A DNA stretch of 64,000 nt from Stegostoma tigrinum (GCF_030684315.1 NC_081355.1:99682472-99746471), one strand, 5' to 3'; numbered from the stretch's first letter, positions 1 to 13,182 are shown. Notes: generated by a model from the sequence alone, not told the origin. Translations and numbers: made by a program.

Positions 1-943
1 CGTATGGCTGTGTGGGACAATTGGGGATGAAGGGAGTGTGGACCAGGGTGTCCCAGAGGGTACGGTCCCTGTGGAAAGTGGGCAACGGAGGGGAGGGGAA
101 TGTGTGTCTGGTAGTGGCATCTCACTGGAGGTGGCAGAAGTGGCGTTTGATGATCTTTTGGATGTGGATGCTGGTGGGATGGTAGGTAAGGACAAGGGGA
201 AGCCTGTCGCTGTCACGGGAGGGAAGGGGTGAGGGTGGAAGAGCAGGAGATGAGTCGGGCCCGATTGAGAGCCCTGTCAACAATAGTGATGGGGAGTCCT
301 CAATTGAAGGTGGTGGTGGACATTTCAGAGGCTCCCTTGTCGAAGTTGGCCTCATCTGAACATATACAAGGGAGGCAGAAGGACTGAGAGAATGGGATGG
401 AGTCTTGAAAGGAAGCAGGGTGCGAGGATGTATAGTGCATGTCACTGTGAAAGTCAGTGGGTTTATGGTGGATATTAGTGGCCAGTCTGTCTACAGAACT
501 GGAAACAGATGTCAAGGAAGGAAAGGGTGGTGTCAGAGATATACTAGGTGAACGTGATGGCCAGGTGGAAGTTGGGAATGAAATCAATGAACTTTTCCAA
601 TACCAGACAAGAGAGGGAAGCAACACTGATGATATCAGATATATCAGAGAAAGGATTGTGGGTGGGGACCAGAATAGGCCTGAAACAATGAATGTTCTAC
701 GTACCCCACAAAGAGACAGGCATAATTGGGCCCGAGCGGGTACCCATGCTCACCTCTCTGAGCTGAAGTAAATGAGAAGAGTTAAAAGAGAAGTTGTTGA
801 GCCAAGCAGAGGGAGGTAAGGGTGGATGGTGGCAGTTCAGATCTTTGCTCTATGAAGAAGTGGAGAGCCCTAAGACCCTCCTTGTGGTGAATGGGCGTGT
901 GAAAGGATTTCCCATCCATGGTAAAGAGGTGGTGGTTGGAACC
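1..943 (-). mobile_element. Penelope-like element (Neptune-type) fragment, RT C-terminal/linker region, decayed; runs off window start
   Basis: Minus ORFs 300..626 (…LATNIHHKPTDFHSDMHYTSSHPASFQDSIPFSQ…) and 122..445 (…RLPLVLTYHPTSIHIQKIIKRHFCHLQ) are homologous to the PLE peptide at 36826-37448 in this window; frameshifted. Confidence 0.85.
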
Positions 944-1200
944 AATTTTTTTTCCCCCAAGGTTCTGTTGCCTTCTTTGATTTGTTGCTTTTCAGATGTG
1001 GGGGGAAAAAAAATTGAAATGGTTAACTCCCACACTTTTCTTTGGAAATTATAAATAAAATACTATTTTGAATGCAAATGCCTTTTGTGTATTTCCTCTT
1101 CATTTTCCACAGAGATTATATTATGAAATACTGATTAATTGTGTGGTTTGATAGTAAAATCACCTACAGAAAAAACTTTGTGCAAAAAACACACAGCTAA

Positions 1201-1500
1201 GGTCTTTTCCTCAAGTTAGGGGACTCCAAAACGAGACAGCATAGGTTAAGGTGGCAGGGGAAATATTTAAAAGGGACCTGAGGAGCAACTTTTCAGACAG
1301 AGGGTGGTGTCATACATGGAATTAGCTGCTGGAGGAAGTGGTGGAGGCAGGTACAATCACAACACTTGAAAGACATTTGGATAGGTACACAAATTGGAAA
1401 GCATACAAGGGAAATGGGATTAGTTCATTCAGGAAACATTGTGGGCATGGACATGTTGGGCTGAAGGGCCTGTTTCCATGCTGTATAACTTCTGGCTCTA
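1201..1500 (+). mobile_element. CR1 (HER1-like) LINE 3' fragment
   Basis: Typical shark CR1 3' end: …aaaagggacctgaggagcaactttt…gaggaagtggtggaggcaggtacaat…gggctgaagggcctgtttccatgctgtataactct; similar to 11140-11452. Confidence 0.85.
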
Positions 1501-1600
1501 TGTCCATATGAACAACATTCATTGACTTACCCCAGTCTACCACCTTTGTCACCTCTTCAAAAAGCACTACGAGGTTTGTCAGACATGACCTACTCTTCAT
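1501..1600 (-). mobile_element. CR1 RT fragment
   Basis: Translates to KSRSCLTNLVVLFEEVTKVVDWGKSMNVVHMD, the CR1 RT segment before the DFxKAFD motif. Confidence 0.85.
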
Positions 1601-1821
1601 CTGACCACCATGTACTCCTAGCCCACCATCCTTACTTGGAATTATATTTCTCTTTCATGCTTAGAAAATGCCCTATAACATTGAAACTGGATTGAAACTT
1701 TCATGGGGAATATCAAAATTCCACTGTATTTTCTGTGAAGTCTATGCAGAACAGTTTTAGTATTTGCTGTATTTTCTTATAGATAATTTATTAATAAAGT
1801 ATATTTTTGAAATAAAAAGAA

Positions 1822-1987
1822 ATCATTCCTTCATTGTCACCGTGCCAAAATCCTAGAGCTCCCTTCCTAATATCTCTGTGGGCGTCCCTACATCCCAAAG
1901 ACTTTACAGCAGTTTGAGAAGGCTGATCATTACCATGTTCTCCTGGGAAATTTGAGATGGGCAACGGATGCCACCCTAGCCAGTGAT
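1822..1987 (+). mobile_element. 3' end of a CR1/L2-group LINE whose tail is shared with the SINE at 45946-46302
   Basis: …aaaatcctagagctcccttcctaa…cagcagtttgagaaggctg…gatgggcaacggatgccaccctagccagtga resembles caattagggatgggcaataaatgctgcctagccagca at about 46240-46276. Confidence 0.6.
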
Positions 1988-1989
1988 AG

Positions 1990-2842
1990 GTCAAGTGAGT
2001 AGGCAAAGATCTGGCAAATGCAGTACAATGTTGAAAAGTGTGAAATTGTCCATTTTGGCAGAAAAACTGAGAAAAAAAGAAATATCATCTCAATGTGAGT
2101 AGTTGCAGAGCTCTGAGATGTAGAGAAACCTGAGTGCCTTCATTCATGAATCACCGAAAGCCATGTTGCAGGTGCAGCAAGTAATCAGGAAATGTGATAA
2201 AATGTTATCATTCATTGTGAAAGGGATTGAATGCAAAAGTATAGAGGTTCTGCTTCAGTTATACATGGAATTGTGACTATATTTGGTGGACTGTGTATAA
2301 GACCGGTCACCACACTTATTGAAGGATATTAATACATTGGAAGCAGTTCAGAGAAGGTTTAATACCTGGAAATACCAGCTAATACCTGGAATGACCGGAT
2401 TACCTCATAAGGAAATGCTAGACAGGGTAGGCCAGTATCCTTTTGAGTTTAATTAGAGTCAGAGTTGACTTAATTGAAACAGATATGATACTGAAGGGAC
2501 TTGAACAGGTGGATGGTGTTGGCATGTTTCCTCTTGTGGGAGAATCTAGAGCTGAGGTCATAGCTTAAAAGGGGGTGGCCATTTAAAACAGAGATGATGA
2601 AATATATTTCTCAAAGCATTGTGGGTCTTTGGAATGCCCTTCCTCCAAAAGGAGTTGGTGCAGAATCTTTAAATATTTTTAAGCAAAGTTAGATAGATTC
2701 TTGATTAGCAAGGGGATGAAAGATTATCAGGGTTGCACAACAATGTAGAGTTGAGGTTAAAATCAAATCAACTATGATCTTATTGAATAGCGAAAGCAGG
2801 CCCAAAAGGGCAGAGTGGTTGACACTTGTTCCATGTTTGTAT
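1990..2842 (+). mobile_element. CR1 LINE 3' part (RT C-terminus and 3' UTR), decayed
   Basis: tggcaaatgcagtacaatgttgaaaagtgtgaaattgtccattttgg (WQMQYNVEKCEIVHFG); ttggaagcagttcagagaaggttt (LEAVQRRF); 3' UTR atgatcttattgaatagcgaaagcagg. Confidence 0.85.
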
Positions 2843-4092
2843 CATTGGACATTGTACTTTTTGTTGAAGGGTGTAAGCTTCTCGTTATCAATCTCATCAG
2901 ATTCTTCAAACTTACTCACCAGTGCCCATGCCGTTCAGGGCCTGGCTGATTCCAACCATTGCATAAGGGAGAAGCTGGTGAATTATTCTGTATGGTATAA
3001 GTGTGGCAAACAGCAGGGCTTCAGACCTCCAGGAAACTGAAGGTTTTCTGTTGCTACCAGGATGTAACTAAAGCTGTAGGTTTCACTGATAACTGCATGT
3101 TGAAAAAATGCTATGGGATAAAACAATAGAGCTGTAGCTGGTTAGAAGAAGAAACTGCTTTACAGTCAATGAGTGAAGGAGTCCAGAGGCAACAGAGAGG
3201 CTGTGCTGCATTGGAAACCCAAGATGTGAAGGAAAATAGGTTAAAGCAATAAAACGAGGCCTGAGATTAGACCTGTGCAAAGATAAGCAAACTGATTTCT
3301 TGAGCTGAATGTAATTTCTACGTAACTCTGTGCAATCAGCAATGTTCACTGCAATATTATTTGCCCACCATGTAAGTAACAAAAAACAATTCATTATTTT
3401 ATGCCCCCATAATGGTTGAGGAACACTTTCAAAAAAATGTGATAATAAATGGTAAAATGAACTAAACCTACAGCAAAAAAAATCAGAACGTACTGCAAAC
3501 TGAAGGGTAGTGCCCGTGTTTTGCTGAAATACAAAATTGGAGATATGCAGAACAGTTATTTTCAGCCTCTGTCTATATTATCAAAGCAAGCTGTCACATA
3601 ATCACTATAACAAGAGGGTGGAATTTGTAAAGTTCTGTCAGAGGAACGCTGACGTGAATAATTGCTAGCCATTCATTTAAATTAACTTAATTTTTAAGAC
3701 TGAAAATTCAAGTGCAGAACTAGCCTTGCTCCCATTCTACAATACTTGAGTCCTGTCATACAGCAACCAGGTTTTGACAGTATATAACATAAAAGAACAC
3801 TGAGCAAAGAAAAAAGATTAAACATCTAACAGAAACTAGTGAAGCAGGGGCAAAGCCTGATTTATACGCTATTGATCTTGCTAGTTCTTAGAATGACCAC
3901 CGTGAATATTCAAGGCAAACAGTGTCAACCTGATATCGGTAAATGGAATTTTATTTCAAAAGATAGCCCACGCGTGGATTTGGTGAAATCCTATCTAGTT
4001 TACAAAAAAGCACAAGCCAGACCAGTAATCCATTTGATTAACCCTCTGGATATAGTAAAATTATAAGGTCAAGCTCTGGCAGTTTGGGGCAC

Positions 4093-4304
4093 TTTAACTC
4101 AGAGTAGTAAGGGAATGGAACGCTTTGCCTGCAATGGTAGTAGATTCGCCAACTTTAAGTACATTTAAGTTGTCATTGGACAAGCATATGGACGTACATG
4201 GAACAGTGTAGGCTAGATGGGCTTCAGATTGTTGTGCCGACCTGTCATACCATCGAAGGCCAAATGGCCTGTACTGTGCTGTAATGTTCTATGTTCTATG
4301 TTCT
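4093..4304 (+). mobile_element. CR1 3' end with (ATGTTCT)n tail
   Basis: …ggcctgtactgtgctgtaatgttctatgttctatgttcta terminal repeat. Confidence 0.85.
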
Positions 4305-5269
4305 AACTCACTTGCGATGGTTAGCTTGATTTCAATGGCCATCAGCCACACCATGCTACAGAGTGCCCTAAAGGCATAACTGATTATGTTAAAGGTAATT
4401 TGTAAGTGTAAATCATTGTTGCAAGAAAGAGAAAATTTACAACATTGGCTTACATTTTTTGATTTTGTCTTCCTGCAACCCTTTTCGAATAACTTGACTG
4501 AGGGATCAAAACCTCAGGAAGATTGAAGATCTTTCAAGGATCGAGAGCAGAAAAAAATAGTAAATCAGTCAGTTCATCTTAACCTGCAGACACATTCAAA
4601 ACCTGAAACTTTACACTTTATCAATGAACAAAAGAGAATGTCTTTGGCAGCTTTGGGTCCAAACAGTCTAAATGAATGTTTTAAGATTGATCCTAAAATC
4701 AAAAGGTTTATAATTACAACAGAAATACTAAAACTCTAACCTTCACAAACCAATTCATACACACCAACTCAAAACAGCCTGCTAACAGCTGATGATTGAA
4801 AAAATAACCTCGAATTGAAAATAGTCCATCCCGTAAAACCATGGCTAAATCAATTGCTTTGAGGTAACCGAACAAACCAAGTTTCTTTCTGAGGATCATT
4901 ATAGTTCGTGATGATAACTCAACAATTTGATTTCCCTTTTCTGATGTGAGTCCTTGAAACACAATAGCCTTATCAATGATAAATGAACTGGCAAAACATT
5001 GAGTGTTCCTTGGTCTCACATCTTTACAATGGGCTATTATTCCATCTGTTATTCTTTCCTTTATTTTAGTGACAAATATGATGATGACTCTCAGAATAAT
5101 ATGCTGATGGGTGGTATGATTCTTGGTTGGAAGTGTTTCTATACATATGTTTTCTGACTTTAAAAAAAAATCAGTCCAATTTTTTTTCAAAACTTCAAAT
5201 CTAAATAAAAAACATATTTCCATAAACTGTTAATCAAAACAAAGTATCTTATTTTGTCCATTTCAGACA

Positions 5270-5495
5270 ACTGCACACCTCTAGGCACCTTCCTTGTTTC
5301 TTTGCTCCTTTTCTTGACCCAACCCCTCACTCCTTGATTCTGGAAGACCAATTCTTCCACCATACAATTCCCATTATCTTCCACCCTATCACAAACGTTG
5401 AGTTTGACTTGTCCCACCCAACCGTGGCTCAAAAGCACAAAAACATTATTTTCTTCTCAGTTCTAATGATAGGTCACAGGTCTGAAATGTTGAGT
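5270..5495 (+). mobile_element. Old PLE terminal (pLTR) remnant with a degenerate hammerhead motif
   Basis: ttctcagttCTAATGAtaggtcacaggtctGAAAtgttg at about 5454-5492. Confidence 0.5.
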
Positions 5496-6858
5496 GTAAT
5501 TTGTTGAGGTGTTATTTTGTCCTGCCTGTTGGCTGCAGAGCCAGTGAGATACCTATGCTGCCTCTTCTCAGAAAGCAGCACTGACCCACAAACCAGAGGA
5601 GTGATGCCATTGTCAGTGCCACACATTCCGCTGGGATCGAGACACAGCAGGTGGAACTGCCTCCTTTCAAGACCTGATGGCTAGTAAGAGACAAACAAAT
5701 CTTGTGCACTTGGGGCCCTGGCTGTCACCAGAAAGACAGACACCAGAGTATCAGAAATGCAGAGCGGTCGAGGCCACAGGAAATTGATTGGAAGGAGGGC
5801 TGGCTTTGTGGGCTGGAGGTCAGGGGAAGCTGAGTTCAGCAGCAAGTGTGGTGGTGATTCACTGTCAGTGAGTCCTCAGTACCCTGATGTCCAGGCTTTG
5901 AGAAAATTTATTCAAAGGACCCCCTTTCCCCAAAGTGAGAAGTTGCAGCTTTTGGTTGCATGGATTTACCTGCAGTGCATGGTGCGTGGTGACCAATTAA
6001 CCTGCCTGCAACAGGGTGAATCCTAGCAGGACAGGCATAAAGCCCTTGCATATGGTCACCTAAGGCTTCAATTGGTACTGTGGTCCCCAGAATTCAATTC
6101 TGATGAAGGCAGGAAGGTGGCAGGGTCAGAAACACCATCATATCGCCTAATTAAATCCCTTCTTGCCTCCATGCTCACCACTAGTAGTATGAGAAGACTG
6201 CTCGGTTTTCTCTTTCTCTGCGCAAATGCTGCCAAAGCAGCCTAGTATTTACAGTACTTTCAGTTTTTATTGTAGTGTTCCAGCATCCACAGTACAGTAC
6301 TTTGCTTTGGGATTAGGAAAGGTTTGAACCTGGTTTGGTTCAATCAAAGCCCCAGAGTTTAAGTGTAATAGATTTGTGGTTTGCTTCAATGGGCATTCTA
6401 ACATGGAGAGAGACCCAGCAATGAAATTATACTGATATTCTGGCTGGAGGAGGTTGAAAACAACAAAAGGCTTGCAGAGAGAAAAGAAAACAAGTTCACC
6501 AGATCAGAAAGGTCTTCAAATATTGCTTTAGCTATTCAGAATATCAAACGTTTTTATTCTTTTTATATCACCTTTTCAGATCAAACATCAAAAAGTAGAA
6601 GCAATGCTTGCTTTAGAAATACTTTTCTGGAAAGATGAAATAATATCAAAACTGCTGGCACAAGTAATGAAATCACCTATTCTAAGCTGCTTATAAAAAC
6701 CAAGACTGCAAATGCCAGAGACCATAGTGTGTAGCTTATTCAATAAATCACAGATGGCTTTTTCATCCACCAATTGACAGTGCATGGCATAATACAACAA
6801 TGCAGGGGTCCAAAAATCTCTGAACTCAAGAGTCACTGCATGTTATGAATTCAAAATT

Positions 6859-7195
6859 GCACCAGAGTTGTTGGGTTTGCAAGCAGTAAAGTCATGGATG
6901 AGGATGAGAGAGGTGAAATTAAGCGGTCTTAGTGAGGGAAGCATTCTTCTTTGCATATGGAAATAAATGCACAGGATACTTTTCCATTGTAGTTATGCTT
7001 TGAAATAAAATCAGTGTATCATAAATGAAAACTGTGAAGATGTGTCGGTATCGAAAAAGGGAAAAAAAAGCGTTGAAATTTTGCAGATTTGCCCTTTATC
7101 AAAACTAGGCTTTGGGCCTGAAATATTACCTTGACCCTTCCCCTTTTTTTATTGTTCATAGACTGGCTACATTGAAAGGTTTCTTTGTAGATTCA
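6859..7195. repeat. Left arm of a ~335-bp inverted repeat (partner 8012-8343)
   Basis: Reverse complement aligns with 8012-8343 at roughly 85-90% identity by eye, e.g. aaaactaggctttgggcctgaaatatta vs taatatttcaggcccaaagcctagtttt. Confidence 0.95.
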
Positions 7196-8011
7196 AATGA
7201 GCTTATAAAGCTGCATTTAACACAGAAGGTGCTGGAATTTCTGCGTATGTGAGGTGGCATTGATTTTATGCATCAAATTAATGATAAATTATCTAATGAC
7301 ATAGAGTAGACAAATGAAATCAAACTTTGTTCACATAAGACATTCAGGGAACAGATTTAACAGAGGTCTGCTGACAACTAGGACAAGCTTCCTTCCTGTG
7401 TCTGTGCTGAATGGTTTATAATCCTGATAGCTCCAGCTGAGGGGATAAAGGGCAAAAAAGGTAAAGTGAGGGAATGCAAGGCAGGGATGCTATAAACATC
7501 CAGTTAGGCTCAGATTGACTGAGCACAATGACAGACAGCAGAGTCTGGAGACGCAGCCTGCTCCAGTCCAATACCTGGGTGTGTGTCTCTGACTTCACAC
7601 TCTCCTTGCTGAAATATGGTGATGTTAGACCAAGGTGCAGCATTTACATGCAATTGTATTCTGCAAGTCGATCAGAGATTTGCCATCGCTCCTCCTTGAT
7701 TAGCAACTCACTGCTGGCTGTTTAGTGAGAAATTCATTGTGCTAGTTTTGTGCATAACATGAAAGAAGAAGTGAGATGCTTCCCATGTCAAAATTGGCCT
7801 TGCTACACTTCCCGATCAACTGCTTCACAAACCTTGTTGGATCCAATGTCATGCACACTCTATAGGAATCCAACTGTAATTTCTGTTGTAGTTTACAAAA
7901 TACAAAAAAGTTTCATACACAGAAGTTTTAAAAAGGGAGGCTTTCTTTGCACTTAAAGTAGAATTATAGAAAGCACTGAATTAAAGCATATTTTTCTTCA
8001 ACTCTAATCTG

Positions 8012-8343
8012 TGAACATACAAAGAAACCTTTAAATGTAGCCAGTCTATCAACAATGAAGAAAGGTGAAGGGTCAAGCTAATATTTCAGGCCCAAAGCCT
8101 AGTTTTGGTAAAGGGCAAATCTGCAAAATTTCAACTTTTTTCTCTTGTTGACACCAACACACCTGCACAGTTTTCATTTATGACACACTGATTTTATTTC
8201 AGAGCATAACTACAATGAAAACGTCTCATGTGCATTTATTTCCATCTGCAAAGAAGAATGCTTCCCTCATTAAAACTGCTTAATTTCACCTCTCTCATCC
8301 TCATCCATGACTTTACCACTTCCAAACCCAACAACTCTGGTGC
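8012..8343. repeat. Right arm of a ~335-bp inverted repeat (partner 6859-7195)
   Basis: See left arm; its distal end runs on into an old L2-like fragment. Confidence 0.95.
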
Positions 8344-8790
8344 TATTTTAAACAATCTGCCACCTTCAGCCATCCAAACAAAGTCATCTAAAACAGTTAA
8401 TCCAAGTACCTGCTAATTATAACCTACCGTGTACAAAATCGTGCAAGCTCCCATCACACCAATATTCACTTGCCCACACTAACTCTTATCCTTGTGTTGA
8501 AATTATTTTGTGGCTTTACCTCTTGTGATTTATTTATAACCATCCTTCATCCCACAACCCCCAAAGAATTGTATACCTCTCCAATTCTGACCTTTTGTAG
8601 GTCACCCACATCCTTTGGCAGTTGCATCTTCAACCCTTCAGATCCCAGACACTAGTATTTCTTCTAAGACTCTGTCTTCAAAAACATGCCACATTGACTG
8701 AGCTTTTTGCTATCTTCCCAATAATTCAACGCATTCTTTTTTGCCCACATGAAACTTGTAAAAGCCTTTGGATATATTTATTTGTAAATG
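8285..8790 (+). mobile_element. Ancient L2-like LINE 3' fragment
   Basis: ctcatccatgactttaccacttccaaa (LIHxFxTS-like), catccaaa, cccatcacacc: degenerate L2 RT C-terminal landmarks. Confidence 0.5.
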
Positions 8791-10131
8791 GTGCCATATA
8801 GTACAAATTACTGATGCTATAAAACTATTTAATTTACTATATGGAAAAAGGCTGGATTTTCTCCCCAAAAGGGAAGTAGCATGAGTCATTAAATTTGCCA
8901 AATTGGCAGAGCTGCCTCAGCGTTAGACCCATTTTCTGCTCCAGGATTGACAATATTGGGATAGAGTCAAGCCCACCAACCCAAAAGTAGATAGTTCCGC
9001 CCCGATGGAGGCAAGTGGGTGCCAAGGCAGGTCGACATTTGTGACATATAAACAGATCTTAGTCACACATAAATCATATTTCCATTACCTTCAGTGTTTG
9101 CATCTGGCACTGTGAGCGAGGGTCTTTGGAAGAGGCAAATTAGGTTGTGTTTGAACTTAGCTCTAAGTTCAAATGGCTTTGCTGATTATGGGTTTCTTTC
9201 CTATGTGAAGTATATTCCACTCTGTCCCTTTTCACCCACTGACTACATTTGGATCTGTCAGATCTCTACTCTGAAAATGTAACCCAAAGTTTAAATTTCC
9301 TTTATCACACCAGTTTTGTCCCTTCATTGTGATAAATTCAGAGATCATGGTTATAATCTGATATTTCATTCCAGAGGTCGTTATGCATATATAAAGGTCA
9401 ACAATAAATTTCAGCAGCCTAATTGCTTGAGGCCACAAAACTGAGCCAGATGTGGATTCTAACAGAAGTTCACTAAATACTCATCTTCGCATGAATACTG
9501 GATAGCATCTGGTGTATAACCTTGATTTGCTTTCTTATTCCCAGATGGAATTAAACCAAACGTTGAATGATTGAATGGCACTGTTGCTGAGATCAGATGG
9601 TTTCATGCAGATCTAGCGTGGAACATTTGGCTCAGATGTTCAATGGATGAAGGACTTATTGAACCATCCGATGAGTTTTTTTGGACAATTTTATGCACTT
9701 ATTCTAAACTTACATTTTGCTGACTCGCTTGAATTTGCAACTGAATACAATTATTGTCACATCAAGTGATGGCAATCTGCAGTACACAAAATCTTGGGTT
9801 TTGTCTCATAGTTATTTGCTACACATAAAACAAACAGAATGGGCTCAAAATAGTAATTGGTTTTAAGATAATTAACTAAATCAGACTCTCTGGCTTTTTT
9901 TAAAGATAGGCTGGGTATTGAAATGAGAATTCGTAACATTTTTTGAGGTACAACCGTGATGAAACCTGAGGGGTTTGGCACTTCATTTTGCAGTCATAAT
10001 GATGGATTTATGCCAATCCTGCAATATTACCGTGGCTGGACTTTGGGCATCTGGGTCATTGCCACAGTCTGTGGCAGGAAACAAAGGAAAATCAAAGAAA
10101 GGCTGGTGCATCATATCTGTATCATCGATAG

Positions 10132-11452
10132 CCACTGGTGAGGGGCTAGAAAACCAAAGGTTAGCTAATGTGGTGCCACTATTTAAGAAAAGTTGTAAGG
10201 AAAAGCCAGGAAACTAAGACAGGTGAGCCACACAATCCAGCAAGTTGTTGGAAAGAATCCTGAGGGGCTGGATTTACGTGTATTTGGAGAGGCAAGGACT
10301 GATGAGGGATAGTCAATGTGGCTTTGTGTGTGGGTAATCGTGTCTCACAAACTTGACTGAGCTTTTTGAAGAAGTAACAAAAAGAGGGTTGATGAGGGCA
10401 AAGCGGTAGATGCGATCTGTATGGACTTCAGTAAGGTTAATAAGGTTAGATTACATGGAATACAGGGAAAACCAGCTATTTGGACATGGAACTGCTTGAA
10501 GGTAAAAGACAGAGGGTAGTGGTGGAGGGTTGCTTTTTAGACTGGAAGCCTGTGACCAGTGGTGTGCTACAGAGATCAGTGCTGGGTCCACTGCTTTTCG
10601 TCATTGATATAAATGATTAAGATGTGAACATTGGAGGAATGGTTTGTAAGTTTGCAGATGACACCAAAATTGGAAGTGTTGTGGACAGTGTAGGTTACCT
10701 CAGAATACAATGGGGTGGAGTTTAATTTAGACAAAATGTGAGGTGCTACATTTTGGAAAGATAAATCAGTTCAGGACCGATACATTTATTGGTAAGGTCC
10801 GGAGCAGAGTTGCTGAACAAAGAGACCTTGGAGTGCAGGTTCAAAGTTCCTTGAAAGTGGAGTCGCAGGTAGATAGGATAGTGAAGAAAGCATTTGGTGT
10901 GCTTGCCTTTATTGGTCACTGTATTGAGTACAGGAGTTGGGAGGTCATGTTGCGGTTGTATGGGACATTGATTAGGCCGCTTTTCGAAAACATTTACAAG
11001 TGTGTTTCTAGGTTTGGAGGGTTTGAGCTATCGGGAGAGGCTGAATAAGCTAGGGCTATTTTTCATGGAGCTTCAGAGGCTGAAAGGTGACATTATAGGG
11101 GTTTTTTAACATCAAGAGGGGCATGGATAGGGTAAATAGACAAGGAATTTACCCTGGGGTGGGGTAGTCCATAACTATAGAGCAGAAGTTTAAGGTGAGA
11201 GGGAAAGATTTAAAAAAGGACCTAAGGGCAACTTTTCATGCAGAGGGTGGTACGTGTATGGAATAAGCTGCGAGAGGTGGTGGAGGAGGCTGGTACAATT
11301 ACAACATTTAAAAGGCATCTGGATGAGCACATGAATAGGAAGGGTTAAATGGATATAGGCCATATGTTTGCAAATTAAATTAGGATATCTGGTCAGCATG
11401 GATGAGTTGGTGCAAAGGGTCTGTTTCAGTGCTTTAAATTTCTATGACTCCA
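10132..11452 (+). mobile_element. CR1 (HER1-like) LINE, RT to 3' end, 5'-truncated with internal deletions
   Basis: Translated landmarks ANVVPLFKK, SCLTNL (tcgtgtctcacaaacttga), MDFSK, KFADDTK (aagtttgcagatgacaccaaa), VKKAFGVLAFI; 3' tail tctatgactc. Confidence 0.92.
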
Positions 11453-13182
11453 TCTACCTATCTGTTATCTATCCTTTTACATTATAGGCCCAGCTTTACA
11501 GACATTCAATTTGATGTGCAGGCTCATTTTGTTTCTACTCTGCGCTGATTTTGTCACTTCAACCCCAATTTGGTTTTTCTCCCTTTTTCTGATCTCCACA
11601 CCTTTCACCCCATCACCTCCTGATCACTACCACTGAATATCCCTGATCTCTCAATCGCATTACATCACCCCTCCCATTGCTAGCTTAAGACTTGCCTGAG
11701 GGAAGCTGCAATGAAGGAATGACCTGAATTTTAAAATTTATTGTGAGGATGCACAACAAGCATTAGCAAATTACTATTCTAATTTAATTAAGGCTTTGGG
11801 CCTATCTGATCACGTTGGCAGTTCATATTCCCAGTTTACATTGGCAGACCCTATCCTTTGTGGTCACTGTTATATCCTGGATCATATTTCAATATTCTAT
11901 CATTTATGTTAATACATTAAATCTAATCGACATTCATATATAATTCCATTATTTCATGACAACTCATTTTTCTCATTAACTGTTATTAATGTGCACTGAT
12001 TAGAATTCCCCAATGCATTATTAAATGAATAATTAGGAATTGTGTTATTTAAAATTAAATTATCCCCACCTATTGCTCACATTTGATGCCTGCTGAAAGA
12101 CTTAGAATGCTCAAAATATGAGTGGAAAAGCAATTTTATCTTTTGAACAATAATAGATTTCTACAATGTACATAATTAACCATTATAAATCGGTTTATGT
12201 CTCACTTATCTGAGTGTAGTTTCAGATATGAAATGGATAAGGAATAAAGAAATATAAATCTAAAAATGTCTGTGTATATCATAAATCTGCCCTAAAATTC
12301 TTTCAATTTGTACCAGATTAAAGGAGTTTTGCTCACAGTAGGCACTTTACAGAACATTGTGGGTATCTTGGCCACCATTTTCCATTCATTAATCTCAACA
12401 TGTGGGAAGTCATTAGCTGTGCATTACAGATTCGCCTATAAACCACACACTGCATGATATTCCTCACTTATGTGAAACATTTCAGAAAACTTTGTTCAAA
12501 ATGTTAAAAATCAAAACGTTCAAGAGGCACGTTCTCTCAGATTTCTCCTCGGAAAGTAGTTCCAAACTCTCAATGCACAATATAAGGTCGGCAAAAGAAA
12601 GAAAATAACAGGAAGTCTCAAATCTCATATCCGTGTATAAATCCAATCCGGCAGTTTCTTGGCTGGTGAGTGCATCACGTTTATTTGTTGATATTTATTT
12701 GTTTATTTGTTGAAGGAATTCAAATTCCTTCCACATACTGCAAATCCACATCTTTCAGTTGATAAAGTTGGTTTTAAAGTTGTAACTAACAATACCGGGC
12801 TTATTATTTAATATAATTACAGGGAGAGCTGTAACTAGGCGAGATATTGAAAGTGCTGAGGCTGGTCACGTTCAACTCCAGGAATTTACAGATTTTTATG
12901 TGCCAGTAGATAATAAAGCATTTACCATGTCATGATTGCTTATAAGGGATAGAAATAAGTTTATGGAATAGATCTCCAAAACACAATCACGGAGCAGTTG
13001 CTATGAATGATAACTATATGAAAATCCTAGAACTTTCCTTGTTGCCCACCTAAACAATCAGACACTTAACTTTGGCTGCTGTGATAGATAATGATGATCA
13101 GTGTGTGCTTAGACTTATGCCAGATATAAATAAGACGTTCCACTAATGCAGAATCACACACTGTAGGTTCGTATTCCAATCC

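Noticed and set aside
4714-5223. 169-aa minus ORF
   Set aside because: AT-rich with no recognisable motif or splice context; probably chance.
5500-6200. GC-richer stretch with short ORFs (similar stretches at 13700-14170 and 43300-44020)
   Set aside because: Probably ancient repeat remnants; I could not assign a family or support an exon.
6859-8343. DNA transposon with long TIRs
   Set aside because: No TSD or transposase, and one arm continues into a pre-existing L2-like fragment.
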